DNA of 64,000 nt, from assembly GCA_951406725.2 (NCBI GenBank), contig OX597839.1:32612001-32676000 (forward strand), read 5' to 3'. Made by a program: the position numbers and the translations under genes. Below are positions 14,346 through 26,739 of the stretch, piece by piece. Below the pieces are notes generated by a model, which saw only the letters and a program-made list of their open reading frames with translations, made no database searches and had not been told where the DNA came from. Origin of the DNA: Octopus vulgaris. Taxonomy: Eukaryota. Within the stretch, counting starts at the first letter, position 1. Every line of letters begins with the position of its first letter.

Positions 14346-14440
14346 TACATACATACATACATACATACATACATACATACACACACATACATACACACAT
14401 ACATACACACATACATACATACATACATACACACACACAT
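14005..14440. repeat. (CATA)n/(CA)n compound microsatellite
   Basis: Direct inspection. Confidence 0.95.
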
Positions 14441-14443
14441 ATA

Positions 14444-14730
14444 GTGGAGGCGCGTGGCTTAGTGGTCAGGGCATTCGGCTCACGATCTACGGTCGTGAGT
14501 TCAATTCCCGGCGACGCGTTGTGTCCTCGAGCAATAACATTTCATTTTTCACTCCAACCCATTCAGCTGGCAAAAATGAGTTGTACCCGTATCTGAAAGG
14601 GTCCAGCCATGTCATGCTGAATCTCCCTGAGACCCACGCTAAGGGGACACGGGCACGAAATTTCACAAGCTAGCTGTTCCGTTGATCGGATCAACTGGAA
14701 CCCTCGTCGTCGCAACCGACGGAGTGCTCT
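14444..14730 (+). mobile_element. tRNA-derived SINE related to family C
   Basis: TGGAGGCGCGTGGCTTAGTGG head, tail ...CGCAACCGACGGAGTGCT shared with 22677-23073. Confidence 0.75.
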
Positions 14731-14751
14731 TTTATATATATATATATTCTT

Positions 14752-14957
14752 TTATACTTTTACGTGTTTCAGTCATTTGACTGCGGCCATGCTGGAGCAC
14801 CGCATTTTAGTCGAGCAAATCGACCCCGGGACTTATTCTTTGTAAGCTTAGTACTTATTCTATCGGTCTCTTTTTGCCGAACCGCTAGGTGACGGGGACG
14901 TAAACACACCAGCATCGGTTGTCAAGCAATTCTAGGGGGACAAACACAGACACACAA

Positions 14958-14988
<31 letters not shown>

Positions 14989-15516
14989 CATACATATATA
15001 CGACAGGCTTCTTTCAGTTTCCGTCTACCAAATCCACTCACAAGGCATTGGTCGGCCCGGGGCTATAGCAGAAGACACTTGCCCAAGATGCCACGCAGTG
15101 GGACTGAACCCTGAACCATGTGGTTGGTTAGCAAGCTACTTACCACACAATTCTTTTATACTTTTATTTGTTTCAGTCATTTGACTGTGACCATGCTGGA
15201 GCACCGCCTTTAGTCGAACAAATCGCCCCCAGGACTTATTCTTTTGTAAGCCTAGTACTTATTCTATCAGTTTCTTTTGCCGAACCTCTAAGTTACGGGT
15301 ACGTAAACACAGCAACATCAGTTGTCAAGCGATGGTGGCAGGGTGGGGGGAGGGACAAACACAAACACACACATATATATGGGCTTCTTACAGTTTCCAT
15401 CTACCAAATCCAATCACAAGGCTTTGGTCGGTCCTAGGTTATACTGGAAGACACTTGTCCGAACCCGAAACCATGTGGTTGGGAAGCAATCTTCATACCA
15501 CACAGCCACGCCTGCG

Positions 15517-15518
<2 letters not shown>
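14752..15518 (-). mobile_element. Two adjacent SINE family A copies
   Basis: Reverse complement of the 4262-4660 family at about 14752-15148 and 15155-15518. Confidence 0.88.
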
Positions 15519-15553
<35 letters not shown>

Positions 15554-15580
15554 GAAAAAAGCAACAAGAATGGATTAGTT

Positions 15581-15672
15581 GTTCAGTACAATTGTTTCAT
15601 ACGAAGAACAGGTTTATTTAAAGCTGCAAATATTGCAGTAAATACAAGTGTCCCGTATTCATCAGCCAAAAC
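15581..15672 (-). ncRNA. Putative type I hammerhead ribozyme, Penelope-like-element type
   Basis: The - strand reads GTTTTGG-CTGATGA-ATACGGG...(long hairpin)...TTCGTAT-GAAAC-AATT-GTA-CTGAAC. Catalytic core intact, stem III palindromic (ACAATTGT), stem I weak. Confidence 0.6.
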
Positions 15673-16057
15673 ACATATGAGTTTTCCAAACATCCTAGGG
15701 CGGTGAGGCTACACTCATGAAGTATCGAAGAGAGTTCTATAAAAAAGCAAAGTTAGATTGTAAGCAGACTTCAAAAGTTCTCTAATGATGCACAGTTTTA
15801 TAAAAGGTTTTTAAAAAGATCGTTAGCTTCTCAGAAAAGGTAAATCCATCCATAATAATGCAGGTGTAATTTCCGGAGATATGAGGAAAGATTTTGTTCA
15901 CAGAGAAGATGAATGTATCCATAATAATGCAGATGTAATTTCCTGATATATGAGGAAATTACTGGAAATATCCTGGAAACAGCTGTAAGACCTATTTATA
16001 AATGTTCTAAAATCTTCACAGCCTTGGTTTTTTATCTCATTCTGAAAATATATTATA

Positions 16058-16563
16058 CTAGCAGTATCGCCCGGCGTTGCTCGGGTTTGTAAGGGAAATA
16101 ACTATATAAGCATTTTTAGAGAGTTACTTCCCTTATAAATTCGGGCTTTCTTAGCCATTTTTGTTTTGGTGTCTTCAAGCCATGAAGTCGTTGTTCTAAA
16201 AGAACGCTGGTTTCCTTCACAACGCATTACGACGTTGATTTCTTTACACTCCCTTCCCCACAGCTTCACGAGGGAGGGAAGGGGGAGAAGCAAACAGGTG
16301 CAGCTGTGAGCGTGGACGCCAACTCCGCCGCCATCGACACACGATGCATTTCATGCATTAAAATGGAATAAAAAATGATGTTAAATTATTTTTAAAATCG
16401 TAGACTCATCGTTGACGCGCGCTAATAGCCAGACGGGCTCGATATGAATCACGACTATAAGATACCCGAATTCGGTTAAACTGCACCGCAAAATGTGGGA
16501 GGAGTTAGGAATCTAAATCGAAGGGGACAGACACTCACACAACTAGAGTTTTATATAAATAGA
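16058..16563 (-). mobile_element. Non-autonomous Helitron
   Basis: Same 3' hairpin plus CTAG terminus (CCCGAGCAACGCCGGGCGATACTGCTAG) and 5' TC. Confidence 0.8.
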
Positions 16564-16764
16564 TATAGGGAGAGTTCACGAAAAAAACAAAAGACGAAGA
16601 CAGGTGGTGTACAAAACAAACAGATGTATTAGTATAACGCTCAGGAATAGAAAAAGTATTTTACGTTTCGAGCCTACGCTCTTCTATAGAAAGGGACACA
16701 GAAAAAACAAGGAGAGAAACAAGGACAGAAAAAAAGGAGAGAAAAAAAGGGAGAAAAAAAAAGA

Positions 16765-16809
<45 letters not shown>

Positions 16810-16813
16810 GATA

Positions 16814-16846
<33 letters not shown>

Positions 16847-16958
16847 TGATGCAAATATACACAGGAAAAATAGAGCTCAAAATATGAGTTTATGTATATT
16901 TTTATTAATATTTAGCAGAAGTAAAAGAGTGACTCAAGGTCCTAGAGTTTCGTGCGTT

Positions 16959-16997
<39 letters not shown>

Positions 16998-17282
16998 TTG
17001 TACTCATTGAAATATGCGTTATACTACATGAGAAATCTGATGTATGTGTAATACTTCTAATAATGTTATACACTTCAGAGTCGAGTCGACATTATAAAAG
17101 TCGATTCACGATTTAACTGCAAGAAAAGAAGAAAAAAGAAAAAGAAAAAAAGAAAAATGTTGTAGTAAAGCTGATCGAGCATTATCTATGAAAGGCAACC
17201 GGACCGTGACCATCTCGCCTTGCCTAGACGTCATGGTTCAATGTGACCCACTTCTGTAATAAAAACAAAAAAACCTGGCTGA

Positions 17283-18188
17283 AGGTGGTGGTGGTGATGA
17301 TGGCAGTGGTGGTGGTGGTGGTGGTAGTGGCGGTGGTGGTGGTGGTGGTGGTGGTGGTGGTGGTGGTGGTGGTGGTAGTGGTGGTGGTGGTGATGATGGC
17401 AGTGGTGGTGGTGGTGGTGGTTGTAGTGGCGGTGGTGGTGGTGGTGGTAGTGGCGGTGGTGGTGGTGGTGGTAGTGGCGGTGGTGGTGATGGTGGTGGTG
17501 GTGATGGCAGTGGTGGTGGTGGTGGTGGTAGTGGCGGTGGTGGTGGTGATGGCAGTGGTGGTGGTGGTGGTGGTGGTGGTGGTAGTGGCGGTGGTGGTGG
17601 TGGTGGTAGTGTGGTGGTGGTGGTGGTGGTGGTGGCGGTGGTGGTGATGGTGGTGGTGGTGATGGCAGTGGTGGTGGTGGTGGTGGTAGTGGCGGTGGTG
17701 GTGGTGGTGGTGGTAGTGGCGGTGGTGGTGGTGGTGGTGGCAGTGGTGGTGGTGGTGGTGGTGATGATGGTGGTGGTGGCAGTGGTGGTAGTGGTGCCAG
17801 CGGTGGTGATGATGGTGGTGGTGCCAGCGGTGGTGGTGGTGGTGGTGGTGGTGGCGGTGGTGATGATGGTGGTGGTGGCAGTGGTGCCAGCGGTGGTGCT
17901 TGGTGGTGGTGGCGGTGGTGGTGATGATGGTGGTGGTGGCAGTGGTGGTGGTGGTGGTGGTGGTGGTGGTGGTGATGGTGGTGGTGCCAGCGGTGGTGGT
18001 GGTGGTGGTGGTGGTGGTGGTGATGGTGGTGGTGGTGGTGCCAGCGGTGGTGGTGGTGGTGGTGGTGGTGGCGGTGGTGGTGGTGGTGGTGCCAGCGGTG
18101 GTGGCGGTGGTGGTGGTGGTGGTGGTGGTGGTGGTGGTGGGTGGTGGTGGTGGTGGTGGTGGTGGTGCCAGCGGTGGTGGTGGTGGTG
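17283..18188. repeat. About 900-bp imperfect (GGT)n trinucleotide array
   Basis: GGT repeats with GAT/AGT/GGC/GCCAGC interruptions and phase shifts. Confidence 0.95.
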
Positions 18189-18875
18189 TCGGCGACGATG
18201 TGTGTCGGGTGTAAATGTGGAAGGCAGGAAGAGAAAAAAGCATATTCGGCTGCTATTTCTAGCAAGTAATCGCTCGCACTGAAACCGACTCCCTTGTAGT
18301 AGTAGCAGTAGTTGTGGAGGAGGAGGAGGAGGAGGAGGAGTGAGCGACGGCGATTTTACAAAAGGCTTTTTGACAGATTCTTCCAACGACATCCTCTCCC
18401 TCTCTCTCCCTCTCTCTCACGTTATTCCTTCCTCTCTTTCTTCCTCATCACTCCCTCTCTCATGCTTTTCCTTAATCTCGCTCTCCGTATCCTATTCTCT
18501 CCTTCCTCACCACTCATCCTTATCATCGTATATCTCTTTTTTTCTCTCTTTCTCCTTGTCTCTCTCATGCTTTTTCTTTTCATTCTCTCTCTCTCTCTGT
18601 CTCTCTCCGTCTCTTGTTCTCTCCTCATCCTTGTCCTACATCTCTTCCCCTCTCATTCTTATCTTTAGTCTTTTCTCATCTCTTCTCTCCTTCATCATCA
18701 CTCCCTCTCTCCTCTCTATCTATCTATCTATCTATCTATCTCCTCTTTCACTCACTCACTCTCTCTCTCTGTTTCTCTCCGTCTCTTGCTCTCTCCTCAT
18801 CCTTGTCCTACATCTCTCCCCCTCTCAATCTTATCTTTATTCTCTCCTCATCTCTCTCTCCTCCCCTCTCTCCTC

Positions 18876-18910
<35 letters not shown>

Positions 18911-19104
18911 CCTCTTTCACTCCCTCACTCTCTCCTTTTCTCCGTCTCTTGTTCTCTCCTCATCCTTCACCATCATCTCTCTCCCCTCCCCCTCTCTCCT
19001 CTCTATCTATCTATCTCCTCTTTCACTCACTCACTCTCTCTCTCACGCTTCTGTTTCGCTTCTTCCCCCGCTCTTTGCTCTCACCCACTCCCTCTCTTCT
19101 CTTC

Positions 19105-19136
<32 letters not shown>

Positions 19137-19489
19137 CTCCTCTGCTCTCCATGACTCAAACATGGAACCATGCATCCAGACATTCTCCCATGTCGTTCTG
19201 TCATTCCAACCGAATTCCCGTCGCTGTTCCTCTTACTTCCCTTCCTCCCTCCCGCCACTTATTTTTATCAATGAACAGCCGACAACTATTCCGTGCAGAC
19301 AGCGACCTAACGAAAGGAAGGGAACCGCTAGACATGGTCACTAAACATGCTAGAAATACCAACCAAAATCTCACCGATGGTCTCTACCACAAAACGAAGA
19401 AGCATGAATTGGAAAACGAACGAACGAACGAACGACAAAATTAGCTGGATTGTCATGACTGGAATTCCTCAGATTGTCATTTATTTTTC

Positions 19490-19879
19490 TTTAGTCATTT
19501 GATTGCGGCCATGCTGGAGCACCGCCTTTAGTCGAGCAAATCGACGCCAGGACTTATTCTTTGTAAGCCTAGTACTTATTCTATCGGTCTCTTTTTTGCC
19601 GAACCGCTAAGTTACGGGGACGTAAACACACCACAATCGGTCGTCAAGGGAAGTTGGGCGGGGGGACAAACACAGATACACAAACATATACACACATACA
19701 TATATATACATATATACGACGGGCTTCTTTCAGTTTCCATCTACCAAATCCGGTCACAAGGCTTTGGTCGGCCCGGGGCTATAGTAGAAGACACTTGCCC
19801 AAGGTGCCACGCTGTGGGAATGAACCCGGAACCATGTAGGTGGGAAGCAAGTTACTTACCACACAGCCACTCCTGCGCC
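19490..19879 (-). mobile_element. SINE family A
   Basis: Homology to 4262-4660. Confidence 0.88.
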
Positions 19880-20019
19880 TTAAAAAAAGGTCTGGTACTT
19901 ATTCTATCATTCTCATTTGCCGAACTGCTAAGTTATGGGGACGTGAACAAACCACCACCGATGGTCAAGCTGTAGTGGGTGGACAAACATAACACCCACA
20001 CACACATACATGCATGAAT

Positions 20020-20290
20020 CAGATGTGGTGGGCAAGAGAGGCGACTACACTGGTATGGTCATGTGATGTACATGGACGAGGACAGAAGTGTAAAGGAGTG
20101 CTGTGAAGGAGTGCCAGTCTTTGACTATGGAGGGAACATGTGGCAGTGGTTGACCCAGAAAGACATGGGACGAGGTGGTGAAGCAGGATCACCGAACTTT
20201 GAACGTCACAGGGGCAGTGACCAGTGACTCAGCCCTTTGGCGATGTGCTCAGCTTAAGCTGAGGACCTGTCAAACCAAGTGCACCTATGC
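20020..20290 (+). mobile_element. RTE LINE 3' end of ORF, decayed
   Basis: RRLHWYGHVMYMDED ... G*PRKTWDEVVKQDHRTL, a typical RTE C-terminus. Confidence 0.8.
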
Positions 20291-20321
20291 TGGGGGCACA
20301 TAAGAAAATCCACTTTGACCG

Positions 20322-20920
20322 TTGGGCCTCACAGAGGCAAAGAGGCTGAGTTCCTTTCGAGGGATGGGTCTCATGGAGGCAAGTGCCTGAATTCCTTTCA
20401 AGCATTGGGCCTGGGTCCCACAGAAGCAAAGAGGCTGAGTTCCTTTCGAGCGATGGGTCTCATGGAGGCAAGTGCCTGAATTCCTTTCAAGCATTGGGCC
20501 TGGGTCCCACAGAAGCAAAGAGGCTGAGTTCCTTTCGAGCGATGGGTCTCATGGAGGCAAGTGCCTGAATTCCTTTCAAGCATTGGGCCTGGGTCCCACG
20601 GAAGCAAAGAGGCTGAGTTCCTTTCGAGCGATGGGCCGCATGGGAGCAAGTGCCTGAATTCCTTTCAAGCATTGGGCCTGGGTCCCACGGAAGCAAAGAG
20701 GCTGAGTTCCTTTCGAGCGATGGGTCTCATGGAGGCAAGTGCTTGAATTCCTTTCAAGCATTGGGCCTGGGTCCCACAGAAGCAAAGAGGCTGAGTTCCT
20801 TTCGAGCGATGGGTCGCATGGGAGGCAAGTGCCTGAATTCCTTTCAAGCATTGGGCCTGGGTCCCACGGAAGCAAAGAGGCTGAGTTCCTTTCGAGCGAT
20901 GGGTCTCATGGGAGCAAAGT
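20322..20920 (+). repeat. 89-bp minisatellite, about 6.7 copies, made of two related subunits (41+48 bp)
   Basis: GAGTTCCTTTCGAG recurs at 20348, 20437, 20526, 20615, 20704, 20793 and 20883. Confidence 0.95.
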
Positions 20921-21347
20921 GGCTGATTTGCTTGACTAAAGGCGGTGCTCCAGCATGGCCGCTTTCAAACGACTGAAACAAGAGGAAAAAAGTAGAGTAT
21001 ACGCATGTATATGTATATATGTACATATATATGTACGTACATATGTATACACACACACACGCACACACACACACACACACACGCACACACAGACGGCCAT
21101 ACACAGAGCCAAAGACAAGGACACACGTTACAAACGAAGGAAAACGTGAAGAAACTTGTGTGTTTATAAAATATTCCTTTTTAATTCTTGAAGATGTCAA
21201 TGAAATGTTTTTACTCGGTGTAAGAGGGAGGGGGAGGGACAAAATGTGGAAAACGAAAGTGAAAGTAGAGTGGAAGGAGAGAGAGAGAGGAGGAGGAGGA
21301 GGAAGGAGAAAGGAAAGATTGGAAGACAGAGGAGGGGAGATAGAGAT

Positions 21348-21396
<49 letters not shown>

Positions 21397-21718
21397 ACTG
21401 AGAAAATAGTAGCAGAATGCCAGACTGGCAAATGCGACAGACAGACAGACAGAGGTCGGTAGGTGGACAGACAGACAAACAGACAGGACAGGCAGGCAGA
21501 CAGGCAGGCTGGCTGGCAGAATATTAAGGGATGAATAGAATAGAGAGGTTTGGAATGTTAACTGATCCCTGCTGAAGCTGGCTTGCTGGGGGGAGTTCTG
21601 GTAGGGGGGGTGAAAGGGGGAAAGAGATGATGCATAGAGGGAGAGAGGAAAGGCGGGAGAGAGGTAGAGAGGGAGGGAGGGAGAAATATGGAAGGAGAAA
21701 TAGATTGAGAGAGAGAGA

Positions 21719-21762
<44 letters not shown>

Positions 21763-21864
21763 GTGTGATGGATCAGGGAGTGAGTGAGAGAGAGTAATGT
21801 GTTGGGATCATGGTAAAAAAAAACCCCGATCAATAGGGATCGTGTATCACAGAAGTGTCATAGT

Positions 21865-22083
21865 GTAGATAGATAGAGGGATAGAGAGACAGAGAGAGAG
21901 AGACAGGCAGGCAGATAGATAGATATATTGGTAAAAGCTATATAGATTAGTAGGTAGATAGATAGATAAATAGAGAGAGATAGGGGGAGGGATAGACAGA
22001 GAGATAGATAGAGAGAGAGGGAGAGAGGGAGGGAGAGAGAGAAAGAGAGAGATGGATAGATAGATAGATAGATAGAGAGAGGG

Positions 22084-22124
<41 letters not shown>

Positions 22125-22134
22125 TGGATGGATG

Positions 22135-22176
<42 letters not shown>

Positions 22177-22233
22177 GAGGGGGAGATAGAGAGAGGGAGA
22201 GATAGAGAGAGTGAGAGATAGAGATAGATAGAC

Positions 22234-22274
<41 letters not shown>

Positions 22275-22286
22275 AAGAGAGAGATG

Positions 22287-22352
<66 letters not shown>

Positions 22353-22397
22353 GAGGGGGAGATAGAGAGAGGAAGAGATAGAGAGAGGGAGAGATAG

Positions 22398-22440
<43 letters not shown>

Positions 22441-22455
22441 GGGGTGAGATAGAGA

Positions 22456-22486
<31 letters not shown>

Positions 22487-22500
22487 TGAGAGATGGATGG
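21865..22500. repeat. (GATA)n/(GA)n compound microsatellite
   Basis: Direct inspection. Confidence 0.95.
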
Positions 22501-22676
22501 ATAGATGCAGTAATCCTCCCCCCACCCCACGCCAAACTTACCGACATTGTCGGAGCGAACCGCCATGTGTCTTCTGTCGACTCAAAACCGAAACAACAAA
22601 TAAAAACCAAAATACGGGAATCAATATTCGCCGCGTTTCTCCCATTCTTGGCTGCAGTCGTCACCGCAGTTCGTTG

Positions 22677-23073
22677 TGGAGGCGCAATGGCCCAGTGGTT
22701 AGGGCAGCGGACTCGCGGTCGTAGGATCGCGCGGTTTCGATTCCCAGACCGGGCGTTGTGAGTGTTTATTGAGCGAAAACACCTAAAAAAAGATCCACGA
22801 GGCTCCGGCAGGGGATGGTGGTGATCCCTGCTGTACTCTTTCACCACAACTTTCTCTCATTCTTACTTCCTGTTTCTGTTGTACCTGTATTTCAAAGGGC
22901 CGGCCTTGTCACTCTCTGTGTCACGCTGAATATCCCCGAGAACTACGTTAAGGGTACACGTGTCTGTGGAGTACTCAGCCACTTACACGTTAATTTCACG
23001 AGCAGGCTGTTCCGTTGATTCGGATCAACCGGAACCCTCATCGTCGTAACCGACGGAGTGCTTCCATCCATCC
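22677..23073 (+). mobile_element. tRNA-derived SINE (family C)
   Basis: Head TGGAGGCGCAATGGCCCAGTGG...GTTTCGATTCCC, tail ending (CCAT)n. Confidence 0.9.
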
Positions 23074-23401
23074 ATTGTCGCCGTTGTCACAGTTATTTTA
23101 TCCACCACCTTCTTCAACGTCATTCAAGATGATTTATGGTCAAAAGCGCTCCAGCCGCGTCTATCCAACCGACGTCGTATCCAAAAATTAAGGTTGTCTA
23201 CTGCGATTTGGCCGAGTGGTTCGGGCATAGGATGAAAATGCTTCGCGGTGTCTGTGTTTTGAGTTCAAATCCCGTCGTGACCTACCCAGGCGACCGACAG
23301 ACAGACTTAATCTGCCCGGCTTCGAAGTCTGAAGGTTCGAAAATGAGGTCGAGAAATCTGCAAAAATAATTCTCTCTCTTTCTGAAAGAAGCCTGTCGTA
23401 A

Positions 23402-23467
<66 letters not shown>

Positions 23468-23521
23468 GATGTATGTATGTATATATGTATATGTGTGTGT
23501 GTGTGGGTGTATGTATATGTA

Positions 23522-23560
<39 letters not shown>

Positions 23561-23777
23561 TTGTGTGTCTGTGTTTGTCCTCCCCAACGTCGCTTGACAA
23601 CCGATGCTGGTGTGTTTACGTCCCCGTAACTTACCGGTTCGGCAAAAGAGACCGATAGAAGAAGTACTAGGCTTACAAAGAATAAGTCCTGGGGTCTATT
23701 TGCTCGACTAAAGGCGGTTCTCCAGGCGGTGTGTACACACACACATACATATTTATACACACATACACACACACACA

Positions 23778-24329
23778 TGCAGGAAGTAAATAGACACCTT
23801 TAATTTTCAAAATTTCTGATCTATGTGTTTTAATATGTTTTCAGCGGTGTAGAATTTACAATATAATTATTCTTTTTCATTCCAGGTGCCATTATATCAA
23901 ACATTTGCAAAGAGTAACCATGCCACGCACAAAAAATTAAGCAGAACTGTCAGATTTTCAAAGAGGTCGTATTGTTGGGCAATCTGAGGCTGGTCTTAAC
24001 CAGCGAAAAATTGTCGAAAATCTTCAAATTCCTCTTGCTACTGTTAATAGAATTATAGGGCAATTCAAAAGCCAAAGGAAAGAATCAACAGATTCTCGTC
24101 CCGGCCGACCTGGGCCCTCGGAAAGGAAGCTTCAGTGTTTGAAGAGAATTGTGGAAAACGAACCCCGTTCGAAGGCTTCTGACATTGCAAAACAGCTAGA
24201 AGTTAGTCCAAGAACGTGTGTTACATATCTGCATAAGCTTGGGTATTATCGACGAGCAGCTAGAAGAAAACCTCTCCTTCAACCAATTAATATCAAATAA
24301 AAGATTTTGAAAAGTAAAGGTGTCTATTT

Positions 24330-24335
<6 letters not shown>
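23778..24335 (+). mobile_element. Tc1-like DNA transposon deletion derivative (DNA-binding region only)
   Basis: TIR AAATAGACACCTTTAATTTTCAAAAT / ATTTTGAAAAGTAAAGGTGTCTATTT. 23920-24300 reads [19 protein letters not shown]...TVNRII...RPGRP...ARRKPLL. No DDE domain. Confidence 0.88.
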
Positions 24336-24385
<50 letters not shown>

Positions 24386-24408
24386 CATATATATATATAT
24401 ATATATAT

Positions 24409-24890
24409 AGGCGCAGAAGTGGCTGTGTGGTAAGTAGCTTGCTTACCAACCACATGGTTCCGGGTTCAGTCCCACTGCGCGGCATCTTGGGCAAGTGTCT
24501 TCTGCTATAGCCCCGGGCCGACCAAAGCCTTGTGAGTGGATTTGGTAGACGGAAACTGAAAGAAGCCTGTCGTAATCCGAATGATATGATATATATGTAA
24601 AAAATGTAATATATAAATAAATATCTACAAATATGAACCATCTGATCTGATTACCTCAATTTTTCTAATATGTATATATATATATGTTTGTGTGTCTGTG
24701 TTTGTCCCCCTAGCATTGCTTGACAGCCGATGCTGGTGTGTTTATGTCCCCGTCACTTAGCAGTTTGGCAAAACAGACCGATAGAATAAGTACTGGACTT
24801 ACAAAAGAATAAGTCCCGGGGTCGATTTGCTCGACTAAAGGCGGTGCTCCAGCATGGCCGCAGTCAAATGACTGAAACGAGTAAAAGAGA
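24409..24890 (+). mobile_element. SINE family A
   Basis: Full head and tail. Confidence 0.88.
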
Positions 24891-25224
24891 AAGAGAGATA
24901 TATAAATGCTTTAGTCGTAAATTCTGCAGTTCCCATTAAAAACAAAATGTTTTTGTTAGTAAATTGATATAGTTTTGCAGTCTTTGGAACAGACTTTAAA
25001 ATATAGAAAATCAAGGACGTCTATTAATTAATCAAGTTAGCTAATTATTCACTCATTTATTTCTAAATATAAATATTATGAAACAAAAAAAATGGTTGGA
25101 AATTAAAAAAACAAAATTCTTCGTTTAACCAGACAATCTTTATTTTACTGGGCGCTTTCCAGTCCAAGGGAAATAACCTAAAGTTGTTGATAGACGGAGT
25201 TAACGTTCTTGTTGAATAAGAACA

Positions 25225-25748
25225 GCCACACATACACACACACGGCCACACACACACACACACACGGCCACACATACACACACACACACATACATACACT
25301 CACACACACACGGCCACACACATACACACACGGCCACACACATACACACACACGGCCACACATACACACACGACCACACATACACACACTCACACACACG
25401 GCCACACATACACACACTCACACACAAACGACCACACATACACACACACTCACACAAACACGGTCACATATACATACACTCACACACACGGCCACACATA
25501 CACACACTCACAGAAACACACACGGCCACACATACACACACTCACACACACACACGGCCACACACACATACACTCACGCACACACACACATACACACTCA
25601 CACACAAACGACCACACATACACACGCACTCACACACTCACACACGGCCACACATACACACACTCACACACACACGGTCACACACACACACACACTCACA
25701 CACACACGGCCACACATACACTCACACACAGCCACACATACACACACT

Positions 25749-25790
<42 letters not shown>

Positions 25791-25820
25791 ACCACACATA
25801 CACACACTCTCACACACACT
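25225..25820. repeat. CA-rich minisatellite (CACACGGCCACACATACA-like)
   Basis: Direct inspection. Confidence 0.9.
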
Positions 25821-26139
25821 TATATAATACTAAAAAGACTATATAAATAATAATATATTTCTTTTTCTTTTCTTTTTTTTTTTTATCTCATTATTTATTT
25901 ATTTATTATGCCTGCTGCGGAGTTTCCGGTGGCAACATCCATCTGGTGTCGCTGCTGTCTTATCTCTTCTTCACCGTGCTGCCATCTGCTGACGATTTCC
26001 CACTAATAATAATAATAATGATAATAATTTTCTTTCACCTTCTTACTTGTTCCACTCAACCGACTGTGGCCATGCTGGGGCACAGCCTCGAAGAATTTTA
26101 GTCGAGTGAATCGATCCTGACTATTGCTGTTGTTGCTGC

Positions 26140-26199
<60 letters not shown>

Positions 26200-26703
26200 T
26201 ATTATTATTATTATTATTATTCAGTAGTTTTATTTTTATAGCGTGCTTTCACTTCACTACCTATTTCTTTATTACCCACAAGGGGCTAAACATAGAGGGG
26301 ACAAACAAGAACAGACATAGGTATTAAGTCGATTACATTGACCCCAGTGCGTAACTGGTACTTAATTTATCGACCCCGAAAGGATGAAAGGCAAAGTCGA
26401 CCTACCGAGCGCAGCTCTGTGTGCCTTGGGTATGTGCTGTGATTTGTTGTGATGCTCTGATGGTTATTGTAGCGGTTCGGCAAAAAAGACCGATAGAAGT
26501 ACTAGGCTTACAAAGAATAAATCCTGGGGTCGATTTGCTCGACTAAAGGCGGTTCTCCAGGCGGTGTGTACACACACACACACACACAACACACATATTT
26601 ATACACACACACATTATTATCATTATTATTATTATCATTATTATTATAATCGAGTGGTCCCTTCCCCAAAAGATTTCGGACCTTGTGCCAAGAATAGAAA
26701 AGA

Positions 26704-26739
<36 letters not shown>

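Noticed and set aside
16655-16700. Hammerhead-like GAGCGTAGGCTCGAAACGTA on the - strand
   Set aside because: The CUGANGA box is absent (TATAGAA). At most a remnant.
17224-18392. Poly-Pro/Thr/His ORFs resembling formin or extensin
   Set aside because: A (GGT)n array, open in most frames, with phase shifts and no splice or domain context.
20322-20920. CRISPR-like regular repeat
   Set aside because: No unique spacers. It is a plain tandem repeat in eukaryotic DNA with no cas genes.
22677-22760. tRNA gene
   Set aside because: The tRNA-like head continues into a multi-copy SINE body, and sister copies carry TSDs.
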